Of a DNA stretch of 64,000 nucleotides, positions 12,550-26,110 are shown in pieces. The position numbers and the translations under genes were made by a program. The DNA is from the human T2T-CHM13v2.0 reference genome, Homo sapiens. Within the stretch, counting starts at the first letter, position 1, and each line of letters begins with the position of its first letter. The stretch is from NCBI RefSeq assembly GCF_009914755.1, contig NC_060932.1; one strand, given 5' to 3'. The notes beneath the pieces are model-generated. The model was not told the origin of the DNA, did no database searches, and worked only from the letters and a program-made list of their open reading frames with translations.

Positions 12550-13730
12550 TAAGACAATCAAACCAATTATTACACTAAATATAAATAGCTTAAATAGCTC
12601 AAAAACATGATAAGGATGGTTCAGCTAGCTAGATTTTTTAGAAAGCAATAACTTACTACATTCTGTTTCTAATATGCATACTTTAAATACAGAGATACAG
12701 CAGAAAGAAAAATGTAGGAAGAGATATATCATGCAAACAGTTAAGTCTAAGACAGCTGTTGTAGTCATATTAGTGTTAGAAAAAGTACTAAGTTGAAGAC
12801 AAAGAGATAAAGAGGCATTTTATAATGATAAAAGTTTCCATTCATCAAGAATACATAACAATTCAACATACATATGCATTTAAGAACAGAGTTTCTCACC
12901 ATCTTATACTTTTGTATAATGTGAAGCAAAACTATGAAACAAAACTAACAGAACTAAAGGGGAAAGAGATGAATTCACAATTATAGTTGGAAATTTTAGT
13001 GCTGCTCTCTGAATAAAAAATAAAACAAGTAGACAGAAATCAGTCATGTTATAGAATATTGAAACAATATTTTACAAGGTTTTACAACTCAGCACTATTC
13101 ACATTTTCAACGGGATGAAAATGTGGAGATGGAGCGGTGGTGATGGGGTGGGGATGGTGGGTCGTGGGGAAGGTGGAGCAGGGCATTGTAGAATGTATCC
13201 CAGCCTCCAACACTAGATGTCAGTAGCACTCTTGTCCCAGTTGTGATAACCGAACATTTTCAAATATTGCCAAATGACTGGGTGGAGGAGGAGCAGGGCG
13301 AATCTCCCCTAGTTGAGAACCATTTATATAGAGCATATACCAGGACATAAGAAAAGTCTACATAATTTTTTAAAGTATTGAACATATATATAAGCAGTAC
13401 GTTGTCTGAACAAAATAAAATTCAATTACAATAAGATATCTAGAAAATCCCCAAATAATTATAAATTTAGCAATGCTTTCCTAAGTAGCCTGTGGGTCCA
13501 AAAAGAAAAAGCACAAAGGAAATTAGAAAATAGTGTGCACTGAGTATTAAGGAAAGCACAAGAAAAATATCACAGGATGCAGATTAAGCAGTGCTTAGAA
13601 AATTTTCAGCTTCAAAGCAAATATTAGGGAAAACTTGTAAAATCAATCAACTAAGCTTCCATGTTAAGAAGCTCAAAAACTCAGAGCAAATTGAATATTA
13701 AGTAATTAAAAAACAATGCAATTTAAGAAG
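12550..13730 (+). mobile_element. Old L1M ORF2 endonuclease-region fragment
   Basis: tacactaaatataaatagcttaaatagctc; atatcatgcaaac; cattttataatgataaaag..ttcatcaagaa. Confidence 0.7.
13075..13323. mobile_element. MER20 (hAT-Charlie) inserted in the L1
   Basis: caactcagcactattcacattt...cactagatgtcagtagcac...cccagttgtgataacc...attgccaaatg...gttgagaacca. Confidence 0.8.
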
Positions 13731-13940
13731 GAGCCAAAGTCAGCGAGCTGGCAAAAGAACAAATAGAGAGGAAAAGTGGGCAACTCAACATCACAGTGAG
13801 TGATCAGAGAGTCAGGGCTGGATCCCAGCTCTTCCCCAGGCTGGAACGAGTCATCTCCCTTCATCCACAGATTACTGAGCAGCTGAAGGAGACACAAAGG
13901 TGTACGTGGGAAGGACTCAGGCCTCATGGGGATGTGTGCA

Positions 13941-14468
13941 GTTAAAACCCTGGGGATGCTGAAAGGAAGGACCATACAGAGCGGTGTGAGGGCCAAGTCT
14001 TCCATTACCTGACACTGGAAGCCACGTGGTTAAAACCCTGGGGATGCTGAAAGGAAGGACCATACAGAGCGGTGTGAGGGCCAAGTCTTCCATTACCTGA
14101 CACTGGAAGCCACGTGGTTAAAACCCTGGGGATGCTGAAAGGAAGGACCATACAGAGCGGTGTGAGGGCCAAGTCTTCCATTACCTGACACTGGAAGCCA
14201 CGTGGTTAAAACCCTGGGGATGCTGAAAGGAAGGACCATACAGAGCGGTGTGAGGGCCAAGTCTTCCATTACCTGACACTGGAAGCCACGTGGTTAAAAC
14301 CCTGGGGATGCTGAAAGGAAGGACCATACAGAGCGGTGTGAGGGCCAAGTCTTCCATTACCTGACACTGGAAGCCACATGGTTAAAACCCTGGGGATGCT
14401 GAAAGGAAGGACCATACAGAGCGGTGTGAGGGCCAAGTCTTCCATTACCTGACACTGGAAGCCACGTG
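13941..14468. repeat. VNTR: 6 copies of an 88-bp unit
   Basis: Unit gttaaaaccctggggatg...ggaagccacgtg starts at 13941, 14029, 14117, 14205, 14293 and 14381; the only difference seen is cacgtg>cacatg in copy 5. Confidence 0.98.
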
Positions 14469-14519
14469 GACAATCCAGAAGATGACTCACTTTGGCAGCC
14501 CTGAGAGTTAAAAACCAGT

Positions 14520-14640
14520 TTCCTTAGGCAAGACATTAACCTCTCTATGCTGTAATTTCACCCTTTGCAAAATGGGGAAATAGCAATGCCTCAACAACAG
14601 GGTTACTGTGAGGATGAATTAGGATGACATAGGTGAGGGG
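14520..14640 (+). mobile_element. MIR fragment
   Basis: ccttaggcaagacattaacctctct...aaaatgggga...gggttactgtgaggatgaat. Confidence 0.7.
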
Positions 14641-15249
14641 CCTGGCGGGGGTGGTGAGCACACCACAAAGGAATGCACACTGCTTTGGTCATTGCTGCTG
14701 ATGTCTGAAGCAGGAAAAGGTGGTCAGGGCCATCCCTCCTGCCCCACTCAACCTTTTCTCTCCTCCCTCACCAGGGCTCTGATAGGCTCTTTCAGCTCCT
14801 GACCCTCTCCCTCTAGGATGCAGGTTCAGCCTGAGCCTGAGTCCACTTTTCTGAGGTTGAGCAACACAATTAGAATATGTGGAAAATCTGTAAACAGACA
14901 CCAGCAAAGAGCCAGATGCTCCCTGGAGCCAGTCCAAGAACAATTAAGCAGCCCTTTGAAGACTAACTGAGCTGGGGGCAGTCAAGAGCTTGTCAGCTCC
15001 AGGCAGCAAGATCTCAACCTTCAGGGGCAGGGAGCACAAACCTCTCTCCCTTCCTCTCTCTCTCTGAAAGCTAAATAACAAAATATCAGCCCCTCCCAAA
15101 GGCACAGTGGTGAGATGAGGGCCACCAAAAGGCCTGCTTGGCAGGACACCCTGTCAGGTTTTGGGGAGAGAAGGGCAGAACCAGTAGCCTGCAGGTCACA
15201 CTTGGCCTTTAAGGTGATCATTCATATCATTACAGTTATTATTGCTCAC

Positions 15250-15530
15250 ATGGCATTTTAAAAATCTGAATTAATTACCATCACTGAAGGATGTTGCATT
15301 TTCACATTCAAACTCACATACCCAGATTCTCTGGAGGAAGCCGTGTGTAAGGCCACAATGAGCACACACGTTCCACAAGCCACAGTGGGCTAGAGCTGAG
15401 GAGCTGCCCCTGGGAGAGTGGGTGCATCAGAATTTGCCACAGTAAGTTCCACCCCTGTGGTTTCCCCATCCTCACGCTGGCATTTCTGTCATTGCCTCTT
15501 TCTCACTTTAAACACCTGCTGGCCTATTTG
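15250..15530. mobile_element. MER102-like hAT fragment
   Basis: cccagattctctgga...gttccacaagccacagtgggctagagctgaggagctgcccc. Confidence 0.4.
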
Positions 15531-15762
15531 TAAATTTGAGTTTACAACCTCTGCTTTAAAACAGCCCACATTTATTAGATAAAGGAAATGAGGCCTGGGA
15601 GGGAAACTGAGGAAAGAACTTGCTGAGGCCATCATCCGAGCCGAAACAAGTACAACTGCACAAGCTAGAGAACGCTGTTGTAAACCAAAAATAAAATAGG
15701 GCCCCCTAATCATCTGAATGGACACCCTCCTAAACCAGGGCTCTTTAAATTTAACCTGAGAG

Positions 15763-16068
<306 letters not shown>

Positions 16069-16400
16069 ATTAACCTGAGAGACTGTTTCAGGCTATGACA
16101 GGAAATGGGGGTCCCACTTGCCTCATTATACCCCTCCAGCATTAACATCAACACAGACGTTAAGTCTGATAAGGAACAGTTTGCAGCCTATTCTCTCTGA
16201 AGCCTGCTAGCTAAAAGCTTCATCAGCATGATAAAACTCTGGTCTGTACAACCTCTTATCCTAACCCAGACATTCTTTTCTGTTTGATCTCAGGTCTTTA
16301 GACAAACTCAACCAATTGTCAACCAGAAAATGTTTAAATTTACCTATAACCACCCCACCACCACCCCGAGTTTTCCTGCCTTTCTGGACCAAACCCAATG

Positions 16401-16504
16401 TATTACAAAAGTAATTGCAATTTTTGCCATTAAAACAATCTCTCAGGTTAAATTAAATAAAAAGTAATGGTGAAAACTGCAATTACTTTTGCACCAACCT
16501 AATA
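16401..16504. mobile_element. MADE1 mariner MITE (palindromic) with an expanded loop
   Basis: caaaagtaattgcaatttttgccatta ... taatggtgaaaactgcaattacttttgcaccaacctaa; TA flanks. Confidence 0.9.
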
Positions 16505-16959
16505 TTTCTTAAATGTACTTAATTGGTGTCTCATGCCTTCCTAAAATGTATAAAACCAAGCTGCACCCTGACCATCATGGGTACATGTTCTCAGGACCTC
16601 CTGAGGGCTGTGTCACAGGCCATGGTCACTCATATTTGGCTCAGAATCAATCTCTTCAAAGGTTTTACAGAGTTTGACTCTTTGCACCGACACTGTCCTT
16701 CTGGTATCTTATGGCACAAGACCAGCTCCAATTTCATATTCTGCCTACAGAAACCACTCTGGCTAACACCATTCTCCCTCTTCCCTAAATTCCAAACCAC
16801 CTGCCATTTTTGCTATTTATTTGGTAATGAATCACTTACTACCATTTATATTTTGGTCACCATTTATCGATGTCTGATATGCGGTAGATATTGTGCTAGG
16901 TCCCGGGAAGGATAATGTGTGAATTACGTGCAATCCTGCCATTCAACTGACTGATCCAG

Positions 16960-17170
16960 TGCAGTAGAAAAAGCACAGCCTTGGAGCCAACCAGGAACGA
17001 GTTTGAATTCTGCTCTGATGAAGAATTCTGGCTTTGGGACCTTGGGTAAGGTATTCAAGAGTTCTGAGTCTTGGTTTCCTCATGTGTAAAATGAAGGCTG
17101 TGATTCCTCCCCCACGTGGACGTTGGGAAGGCTGATGAGGGCACGCACGCAAAAGCATGGCGCTGACTGT
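16960..17170 (+). mobile_element. MIR
   Basis: gaccttgggtaagg...ttggtttcctcatgtgtaaaatgaagg. Confidence 0.7.
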
Positions 17171-17189
17171 GGTCTCCTTGCTCTCAGAT

Positions 17190-18010
17190 CCATGACCTCC
17201 CCTTCACATCCTCAAGGGCATTGCAGGGCACTGCATTTCGCAGACGCCCTGGTTCCTGGCTTCCCACATGAGGCCAACAGGAAGACTGGAAGGCAGCAGG
17301 AAGGGAGAAGCCAGGGTATTTCTCCCCTTTACTCTTACTTTTGGTAGCCTTTCTGGCCAGAACTGCGTCTCCTCCACAGTGCCAGATCCGTGGCAGCTGC
17401 CATGGTTTTAGCTGCTGCTAGGAAACCCTAATCTCCAGGTTCAACAAATACCACCTCTTGGTTCTTCCTGGTCAAGGTTGTTGTGGGTAAGCAGCATCTA
17501 TCGGTGCCAGTGGTGAGGGGTTAAAAGAATTTACCAAGACAATTGTAGGTAAAGAAAGTCAGATTTATTAGACAAAGTAGGAAAATACGTTGCCAAGGAG
17601 CAATGGGCAGAATCAGCAGAAGAGGAGCTGACTGCCAGGAAACAAAGACTTGCTGGAGATTTTATAGGACGGCTCTTGGGTTGATTGATAATGCCACGGC
17701 AGCAGGGAGCTAACTTGCATTCTTCTGTTCACCAAGGAGATGTTTGATGATAAAATGAAGCATTTGAGGATAAACAGAAAGTTTGTGAGTTATGTACATT
17801 ATCTGTGCAGGAGGGCTATACATCCTGGGCCATAAAGAAAGGCAGACCTGTAGCTTATTTGCTTTATCTCTTTGCTTTCCCCTGGTTCTGCCAGCCTGAC
17901 TCTTTTCCTTTAATTAGGACTCCACAGAGATAGCAATACCTTCCTGCGGGGGCTGATCTCTCTCCTCTTTGGCAGCTCAGCTAACTGTTATCTATGCAAT
18001 AAATTCCTTA
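17190..18010 (+). mobile_element. LTR33-like ERVL LTR, interrupted by an ERV1 LTR
   Basis: ctgcatttc...ggaagggagaagccagggtatttctcccc; resumes after 17926. Confidence 0.5.
17482..17926 (-). mobile_element. ERV1 solo LTR, MER83-like
   Basis: Minus strand begins tgtggagtcctaatta..ggaaaagagtcaggctggc; a minus-strand AATAAA is present. Confidence 0.75.
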
Positions 18011-18011
18011 C

Positions 18012-18466
18012 TCTCAGGAGTTAAATTGTATCCCCCACGAAAGTCCATTTATTGAAGCCCTACCCCACCAGGACCTCAGAATGTGACCTTATTTGGGAGT
18101 AGCTAGTTGCAGATGTAACTAGTCAAAATGAGGTTACCCTGAAATAGGGTGGGTCCCTAATCCAATAAAGACTGGTGTCCTTATGGAAAGGAGAAACATG
18201 GAGACAGGTAGAACACTGTGTGAAGATGAGGGCAGACATCAGAGTGATACCTCTGCAACCCAAAGAACACCAAAGATGGCCAGAAAACCTTCAGGAGCTG
18301 GGGAGAGGCCTAGGACAGATTCCCTGTCACAGCCCCAGAAGGAACTAACCCTGCTGATACCTTGATCTTGAACTTCAGGCCTCCAGAACTGTGAGAGAAT
18401 CAATTTCTGTTTGTTAAGCCATTCATTTGTGGTGCTTTGTTATGACAGTCCTAAAATACAAATACA
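18012..18466 (+). mobile_element. MLT1B/C MaLR LTR
   Basis: cctcagaatgtgaccttatttgg...ctccagaactgtgagagaatcaatttctg. Confidence 0.85.
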
Positions 18467-18581
18467 CCTACTTTAAATCCTTTCTGCTTGGTTTCTGTTT
18501 TCTGATGGAACCTACCTTTCAGTTGTAACCTGCATCTGGCACATGGCATGCAGTTTGATGAGAAGGGGGAAACAACCCTGA

Positions 18582-19187
18582 TGCTGGTAGCAACAGGAGA
18601 CTGACAGATTCCTAGGCAGACAGAGGTGGGTTCCCGGTGAAACCTGACCTTCAAGCCAAGGACGGTTTAAAGCCTGAAAACTGAGCTGCCACTTCCAGAT
18701 AGAGTCCACAACTAGAATGAGAACTTCCATCCCAGTCTTACCTACTCTCTCTATTGGTACCTTCTGAATGATGCCTTTTAACCAATTGAATGGTGCTTTT
18801 TCTAAGCCCACCCATGGACCAATCAGCATGCACTTCCCCATTCTAAGCCCATAAAAATCCTGGACTCAGACTCACAGGCGACTGCCTGCTTTTGGGTCCC
18901 CTCTTGATGCTCAGAGCTTTCTTTCTGTCACTCCGTAAAATTCTACTCTGCCTTACTCACTCTCCAGTGTTCATATACCTTATTCCTCTTGGTCACGGTA
19001 CAAAAACCCGGAAGTCACTGAACTACGAGAGCAAAAGAGCTGCAGTGCTGCTGCTCACCGAGCTGTGGGCGGTGGGAGTAAAATAGCTGTAACACTCCGT
19101 CCCACTTGTTGAACAGTGGTGGAAAAGAAGCCACTGGGTGCCACTCCCTCCCACTCACTAAACTGTGGAAGTGAAAAAGCCTCAACA
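18582..19187 (+). mobile_element. ERV1 solo LTR (LTR27/LTR28/MER52 group)
   Basis: cctaggcagacagaggtgggttcccggtgaaacc; CCAAT boxes; ataaaa TATA-like box; aaaatagctgtaaca. Confidence 0.7.
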
Positions 19188-19230
19188 ATATCAAGCAGAA
19201 TGAAAGCCAGAGCCAAAATAAAATTCAACC

Positions 19231-19672
19231 TGTGAAAGGAAAATAAAGACTCAAAACCCCAATTCACTCTGCCAAGACAAAACAAACAAAAAAACAAACA
19301 AACAAAAATTAAGCCGAAAGCTGAGTCATGCAGGGAACTGCCTTTCCTTTTGTTCTTAAGAGAGCGCTCCCAATGATTAAATATCTCTATGTTCACCTCA
19401 CACTATGTAAAGTGCCAATTCACTAAGCATGAAATGAATACATGACTGACTGTTCTCTTACCTGCTCCTTTTCTCTTGCAACACATGGACTCAGTAATGT
19501 GACCTTACCCTCCTTCTTCCCTGCTCCAGCCTACTTTTCACCTTTAATTATTGAAGCCCCCAAAATTATCTTTGGAGAAAGGCATGAAACTCTCTTCTGA
19601 GCATGTCCTTAACCTTGGCAAAATAAACTTCTAGCTCGATTGAGGCCTGTTTCAAATACTTTTTGGTTTGCA
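19231..19672 (+). mobile_element. ERV1 solo LTR, LTR54-like (MER4 group)
   Basis: tgtgaaaggaaaataaa...ctgagtcatgca...gtccttaaccttggcaaaataaacttc...ca. Confidence 0.75.
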
Positions 19673-19721
19673 ATTCAGAATGCATTTGGAATTCAATGAG
19701 TTCAAGTTATGTGCAAGGGAC

Positions 19722-19775
19722 TGTGTATGTATGTGTGTGTGGTGTGTGTGTCTGTGTGTGTGTGTGTGTGTGTGC
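19722..19775. repeat. (TG)n microsatellite next to an antisense MIR (to about 19910)
   Basis: TG run followed by cattttataga..aagaaactggggttcagagaaggtaagtgacttaccca. Confidence 0.85.
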
Positions 19776-20149
19776 ATGTTCTCAATGAGCTGTCAGAACA
19801 ACCCACAGAACAAGCACCATTATCTCCATTTTATAGAACAAGAAACTGGGGTTCAGAGAAGGTAAGTGACTTACCCAGCAGGACACACTATGAGTGGGAA
19901 AACCAGCACTGGCCCTTCATGGCCTGCTCCCAGCTCCTCCTGCAGTGCTGTATCACCTGTAGAAGATGTTTTCAGGTTTCTGAGCTTCCCTAGGATTGGT
20001 TGGCCATAGAAAGCAATAGAAAACTAATACGGACCCTTGGGGATATTTTTTTCTCATCTCTCCCTACCTCCTCACTCTCTCTCCCTCACTATAGTCAGGA
20101 AGGAACTCACTAGAGAGCATAAATTCCATGATATCTTTTCCCCTCCACA

Positions 20150-21000
20150 CCTGGCCACCATGTAGGCCCTGAGGATGTGTACATTAACTGGGTATCATCC
20201 CTGCCTTTGAGAATCTCACAGTCCAGAAGAGAAGAGAGGCATGAATAGGTAACAGCAACATCCCACAGTGGCAAAGCATCACTGAGAGGAGGTGGCCTCA
20301 TGGAGGGCAGAGGAGAATGGGGCCAGTGACATCTCACAGGGGTCATGGAGGCTAAAGCCAAGAGACAGCCAGTGATGTCTGTGACACTTGAGAAATAAAA
20401 CGTAATGAAAACACGATGTCGCTACATTCAACGGAACAGTGGGCGTCTGTAGTCATTGTCCTTCCCATGTTGCTACTTTGGTCCCAAGTAATTTCTGCAA
20501 TTCCTGGACTCATCCAAAAATGAGTCCTCCAAATTTGCATCCTCCAAATACAACTATGACATAGGTAGTCTCATCACTCTCAATTTACAGATGAGGAAAC
20601 TGAACCATGGGAACCTTACCCAGAGTCACATTACCAGTCAATGCCACATTATTCTGGGGACAGAGTGGCGAAAATGATACCTGGTTTCTGCCCACAGCCT
20701 TATACTCAAATAGGGGTGAGAAAGAATACATATATCCATGGAAAATGATGTCATGACAAATTATGATATGTGCTCAGAAGGAGAAAAGGGAAAATAAGAG
20801 AATAATGACCAGGCACCCTTGGACTAGAACAGGGTGAGGCCCTCCTAGGAAGTGAGGTGAGGTCTAAAGGTTAAGGAGGAGCCAGGCCTGCAAAGGACCT
20901 GGGCAAAAGCTGTCTCAGCCAGAGGAACTAATGGGCAAAGGTCCCAAGAGCATGGTGGGGCCCAGGACATGAGGAGTGTGGAGGGAGGAGAGGATGGTGG
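20150..21000 (-). mobile_element. Patchwork of L2 and MIR fragments
   Basis: ccctgcctttgagaatctcacagtccag (L2); tttacagatgaggaaactga (MIR); gccagaggaactaatgggcaaaggtccc (L2). Confidence 0.5.
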
Positions 21001-21121
21001 CAAGCAAGCAGAGGCCACCCGTACAGACCATGCACACGCACATGTTGCAATGGCTGTGGTATGAAGTGTGGTGGGTTGGGGGTCTCATCCCCAGACAAGG
21101 CAGGCCACAGTGATGCAGTGA

Positions 21122-21435
<314 letters not shown>

Positions 21436-21524
21436 GGCAGTGAACCATTTTCTAAATGAATTTCTAAATTCATCCCCCAGCACTGGAGATGAATGGGCTG
21501 GGAAATGGGTTGCTACTTACGCCT

Positions 21525-21672
21525 CCGCTGTCCAGGGTGGCAGCCACTAGCCACATGTGGCTATTGAGCACTTAAAATATGGCTCATGTGACTGGGGCTG
21601 AATCTGTAATTTTATTTAATTTTAATTTAAATATCCACAGGTGGCTACCGGCTACTGTAATGGATAATGCAG
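21525..21672. mobile_element. MER3 (hAT-Charlie)
   Basis: gctgtcca..tggcagccactagccacatgtggctattgagcacttaaaat...gtggctac. Confidence 0.8.
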
Positions 21673-22230
21673 GCATGAGGTGATCAAATAAGGAATAGCA
21701 TAAACACTGTAGAAACACGAGAGCAATTTGCATATATGAGATACTGGTGAGCTCCCGTTGTTTCCTCTTCTCACAATGGCATTGGTTTTGAAATGCTATC
21801 CTGGCAAGGAATACAGGCTAAACACACTATCTGTGAGAATTCTGATGCTGCTAATTTAATCACAATGTAACTGATTTGACAGCTATTTCCCAAATAAGTA
21901 GCTGTCCTTGTGCCTTCTCTTTTTGGAAGACAGTGAGTACTTCCATCCAAACCTCTTTCCCCAGAGAGACCTCAAAGGAACAGATGCAGTAGTTAGGCAT
22001 GGGTGTGTGCCAGGCTGGGCTGAGAGCAGGGGACCACCGGGACTCATTTTTCCTTCCAGTTGTATAAAGACCGTCACAATATAATATTATATCAAGCCAC
22101 TGGTGAAAATTTAGAGAGTTTATACACACAGTCACCTTGCCATCACAGGGACCTTATGCCCACAGCAACAAAGAACAACTGGCAAATTCACCATCCAGTT
22201 CTCTGTTTATCATTTTATTGTGAAACATAA

Positions 22231-22621
<391 letters not shown>

Positions 22622-22699
22622 TGATGCAAACAGCTGCCTTTACCTTTAGCTGACTAGCCCAGTATTAACTCTGACAGTGGGAACATATGATGTTGGAAG

Positions 22700-24035
22700 C
22701 CAGGATTCTCCCACTGCACCATGCACCATGCTGGATTCCTCTAGGTTTCAAGTGGCCAAGCAACCTTAAACTTCTCCCAGCCTCCTCTGGACAGTAAGAG
22801 AGCCACATCATGGGCGGGACCACTACAGAGAGCCATGATGTGGAAAGCTGCCCACTGAGTCCCAGCGGTGACATTGACTCCCAAGTGGCCCTAGGAGCAG
22901 AGCACTGAGTCAGAGGATTATTCTTGAGCCTTAGGATCTCATGGGATTTGCCTTGCTAGGTTTTGGATTTGCTTGGGAATAGTCATCCCTTCCTTCTCTC
23001 CCATTTTTCCCCTTTGGAATGGGAATATTTATCCTATGCTTGTCAAAGAAAAATAAATCTCAGGACCTCAAAATCACTAAGTCAAGGGAAAAGTCAAGCT
23101 GGGAACTACATCAGGCAAAGCTGCTTCCCATTTTATTCCTAAATAAGATAGCTACAAAGATAAGGAGCTACATACCTCCCTCACAATGTGTCCACCAGGA
23201 AATTCCTTGTAGACAAAGGACAGGCAGAACTCAAAGTCATCCCTCTGAGGCTCACCTGAGACAAATGCATATCTGGTTGCTTCCTCTGCCCTATTGTTTA
23301 CGTAAAAATGCAGATTCACTGAGCCAGACTAAATTGTGTATTCAGTGGAAGGCTGATCAAAGACTCAAAAGAATGCAACCTTTTGTGTCTTATCTACCTC
23401 TAACCTGGAAGACCCCACTTCGAGTTGTTCCACCTTACCGGACTGAAACAATGTACGTCTTACACATTTTGATTGATGTCTCATGTCTCTGTAAAATGCA
23501 TAAAAGTAAGCTGTCCCCCGATGACCTTGGGCACAGGTCATCAGGACCTCCTGAGGCTGTGTCATGGGCATGTCCTTAACCTTGGCAAAATAAACTTTCT
23601 AAATTGACTGAGACCTGTCTCAGATGTTTTGGGTTCACACGCCTATCCCACCATTGTATTTTGGAAGCACATAACTTGTTTGGTTTCACAGGTTCACAGC
23701 TGGAGAGGATTTTTGCCTCAGGATGAATCATACCTCTAGCTTCACCCATAACTGATTTCGATGATAGTTAGGTGTGACTTTGAACTCTAGACTTTGGGAT
23801 TGTTGCTAGAATTAGTGAAGACTTTGGGAGCTGGTAGGCTCTCTGCTCTCCACCATGTGAGGACTCAGCAGGAAGACAGAGGCCGCCATCTGCAAAACAG
23901 AAGGGAAGCCCTCATCAGACACGAGGTCTGCCAGTGCCTGGGTCTTGGACTTCCCAGGCTTCAGAACTGTGAGAATAGATGTTTGTTGCTTAAGACACCC
24001 AGTCTATGGTAGATTGTTATAGCAGCCTGAACAAT
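22700..24035 (+). mobile_element. MLT1A-type MaLR internal fragment + partial LTR, split by MER4A
   Basis: cctttggaatgggaatatttatcctatgc|..|cctatcccaccattgtattttggaag; LTR 3' part cttggacttcccag..cagaactgtgaga. Confidence 0.7.
23041..23639 (+). mobile_element. MER4A-like ERV1 solo LTR
   Basis: tgtcaaagaaaaataaatctcaggacc...ccttaaccttggcaaaataaactttctaaattg...ttcaca; degenerate 4-bp TSD. Confidence 0.88.
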
Positions 24036-24651
24036 ATTAATATTGTTAATTTATTAAGGATAATATTAACACCTGCCTCGTACAGTTGTTTCAGACTCAA
24101 GTAATACATATGTAGTGCTTATGAGGGCCTCTAGGACATGGTAGCCTCTCCACTCTTGGGAGTCAGCATCATCATCGGCCTGTCATTATTTTTACTACTG
24201 GTAATAGTCATTGGCAACCCTGTTCCCTTGACATTCCTTGTTCTACTGGGGCTGGAAAGTGCTTAATATTCCCATTACTTTCCACTGAAATCACTCCTTT
24301 CTCAGTCTCCATTTCCTGTAAGTAAAATTAAAACAAACATATGTGCTCAAAGATGGGAGGCCAAGGTTTCATGATTTTATGAATGTAAAAGTGCTGACAC
24401 GACTCCAGATTCAAACAGTGTGATGCCCTCCCCCTAACTCCTCCTTCAGTTATAGATTTCTCCAGGGTGTAAAAAAGAATCTGGAGCCTGGTACACAGCC
24501 TGAATGTCAACATAAATTGACTTTTTTATACTAAAATATAATTTACATACCATAAAATTGATCATTTTAAAGTGTTTTTTTAGTGTATTAACAGAGTTTT
24601 GCAGGATCACCACTATCTAATTCCAGAACATATCATCACCTCCAAAAATAA

Positions 24652-25006
<355 letters not shown>

Positions 25007-25116
25007 ACCACTGGCAATTATTAATCTCCTTTCTGTCTATAGATTTGCCTTTTCTGGGTATTTCATATACATGGCATCACACGATATGTGGTCTTTTGTG
25101 TCTGGTTTCTTTCACT

Positions 25117-25566
25117 TGTCAATTGAGAACAATGACGAGAAAAGTCTCAATCATTTAGGAGGTTTATTTGCCAAAGTTAAGGACATGCACTCGTGACACA
25201 GCCTCAGGATGTCCTGACGACACGTGCTCAAGGTGGTCGGGACACAGCTTGGTTTTGTACATTTTAGGGAGACATGAGACATCAATCGATATATATAAGA
25301 AGTACATAGGTTATGTCCCGCAAGGCAGGGGCAAATTGAAGCAGGGATGGGCTTCCAGGTAACAGGTAGGTGAGAGACAAATGGTTGCATTCTTTTGAGC
25401 TTCTGACAAGCCTTTCCAAAGGAGGCAACCAGAGTATGCATCTATCTCAGTGAGCAGAGGGATGACCTTGAATAGAATGAGAGGCAGATTTGCCCTGAGC
25501 AGTTTCCAGGCAGAACTTTCCCCTTAGCTCAGTGATTTGGGGGGCCCAAGATATTTTCCTTTCACA
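25117..25566 (-). mobile_element. MER4A1-like ERV1 solo LTR
   Basis: Minus strand tgtgaaaggaaaatatcttgggcccc...gaca; exact TSD cact. Confidence 0.9.
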
Positions 25567-25679
25567 CACTTAACATAATGCTTTCAAGGTTCATTCATGT
25601 TGTAGCATACAGCAGCATTATATTTGTTTTCAGAATTGGATTAACCATACTTTCTTTCTTTCTCTTTTTTATTAACACT

Positions 25680-26110
25680 GTAGGTGCTACTGTTCCCACT
25701 CTGGAAATGGGAGGCCTAAGAGATGAGCTGGTTTGCTCAAGGCCACCATGAAAAGTGAAGCTGCTTTTCTGACTCTCAGCATGTACTCTAATTTGGACTG
25801 AAGTTACTTTATGGGAATGTTTTCATTCTCCCTCCTGCCCCTTTGCCCTCCGTGGTTCCCGACTTACACTCTTTCCCCTAGAATTTCTATCTATCATTTG
25901 TAGTCACTTAGATGTGGGTTCAAAACCATCTCACAATGTGTGATTGTGTGCAAATACTAAAAGTCCAGTAGGCTTGGTTTGCTCATCTGATAAATGGGGA
26001 TTGCAACAGGACTTCCCTTGGGGGGCTCTGCCTAGTATTAAGTGAGGTGGGCATGTCAAGGGCTTAGTACAATAACCACTCAGGGCCAGTAGACCATAAA
26101 TATTTGCAAT
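25680..26110. mobile_element. MIR fragments (both orientations)
   Basis: gggaggcctaagagatgagctggtttgctcaaggcc; ggtttgctcatctgataaatgggga. Confidence 0.5.

Noticed and set aside
13941-14468. CRISPR-like array
   Set aside because: The units are contiguous identical 88-mers with no unique spacers, no cas genes are present, and the DNA is primate.
23019-23579. 186-aa ORF
   Set aside because: It lies almost entirely within the MER4A LTR and is a chance open frame.
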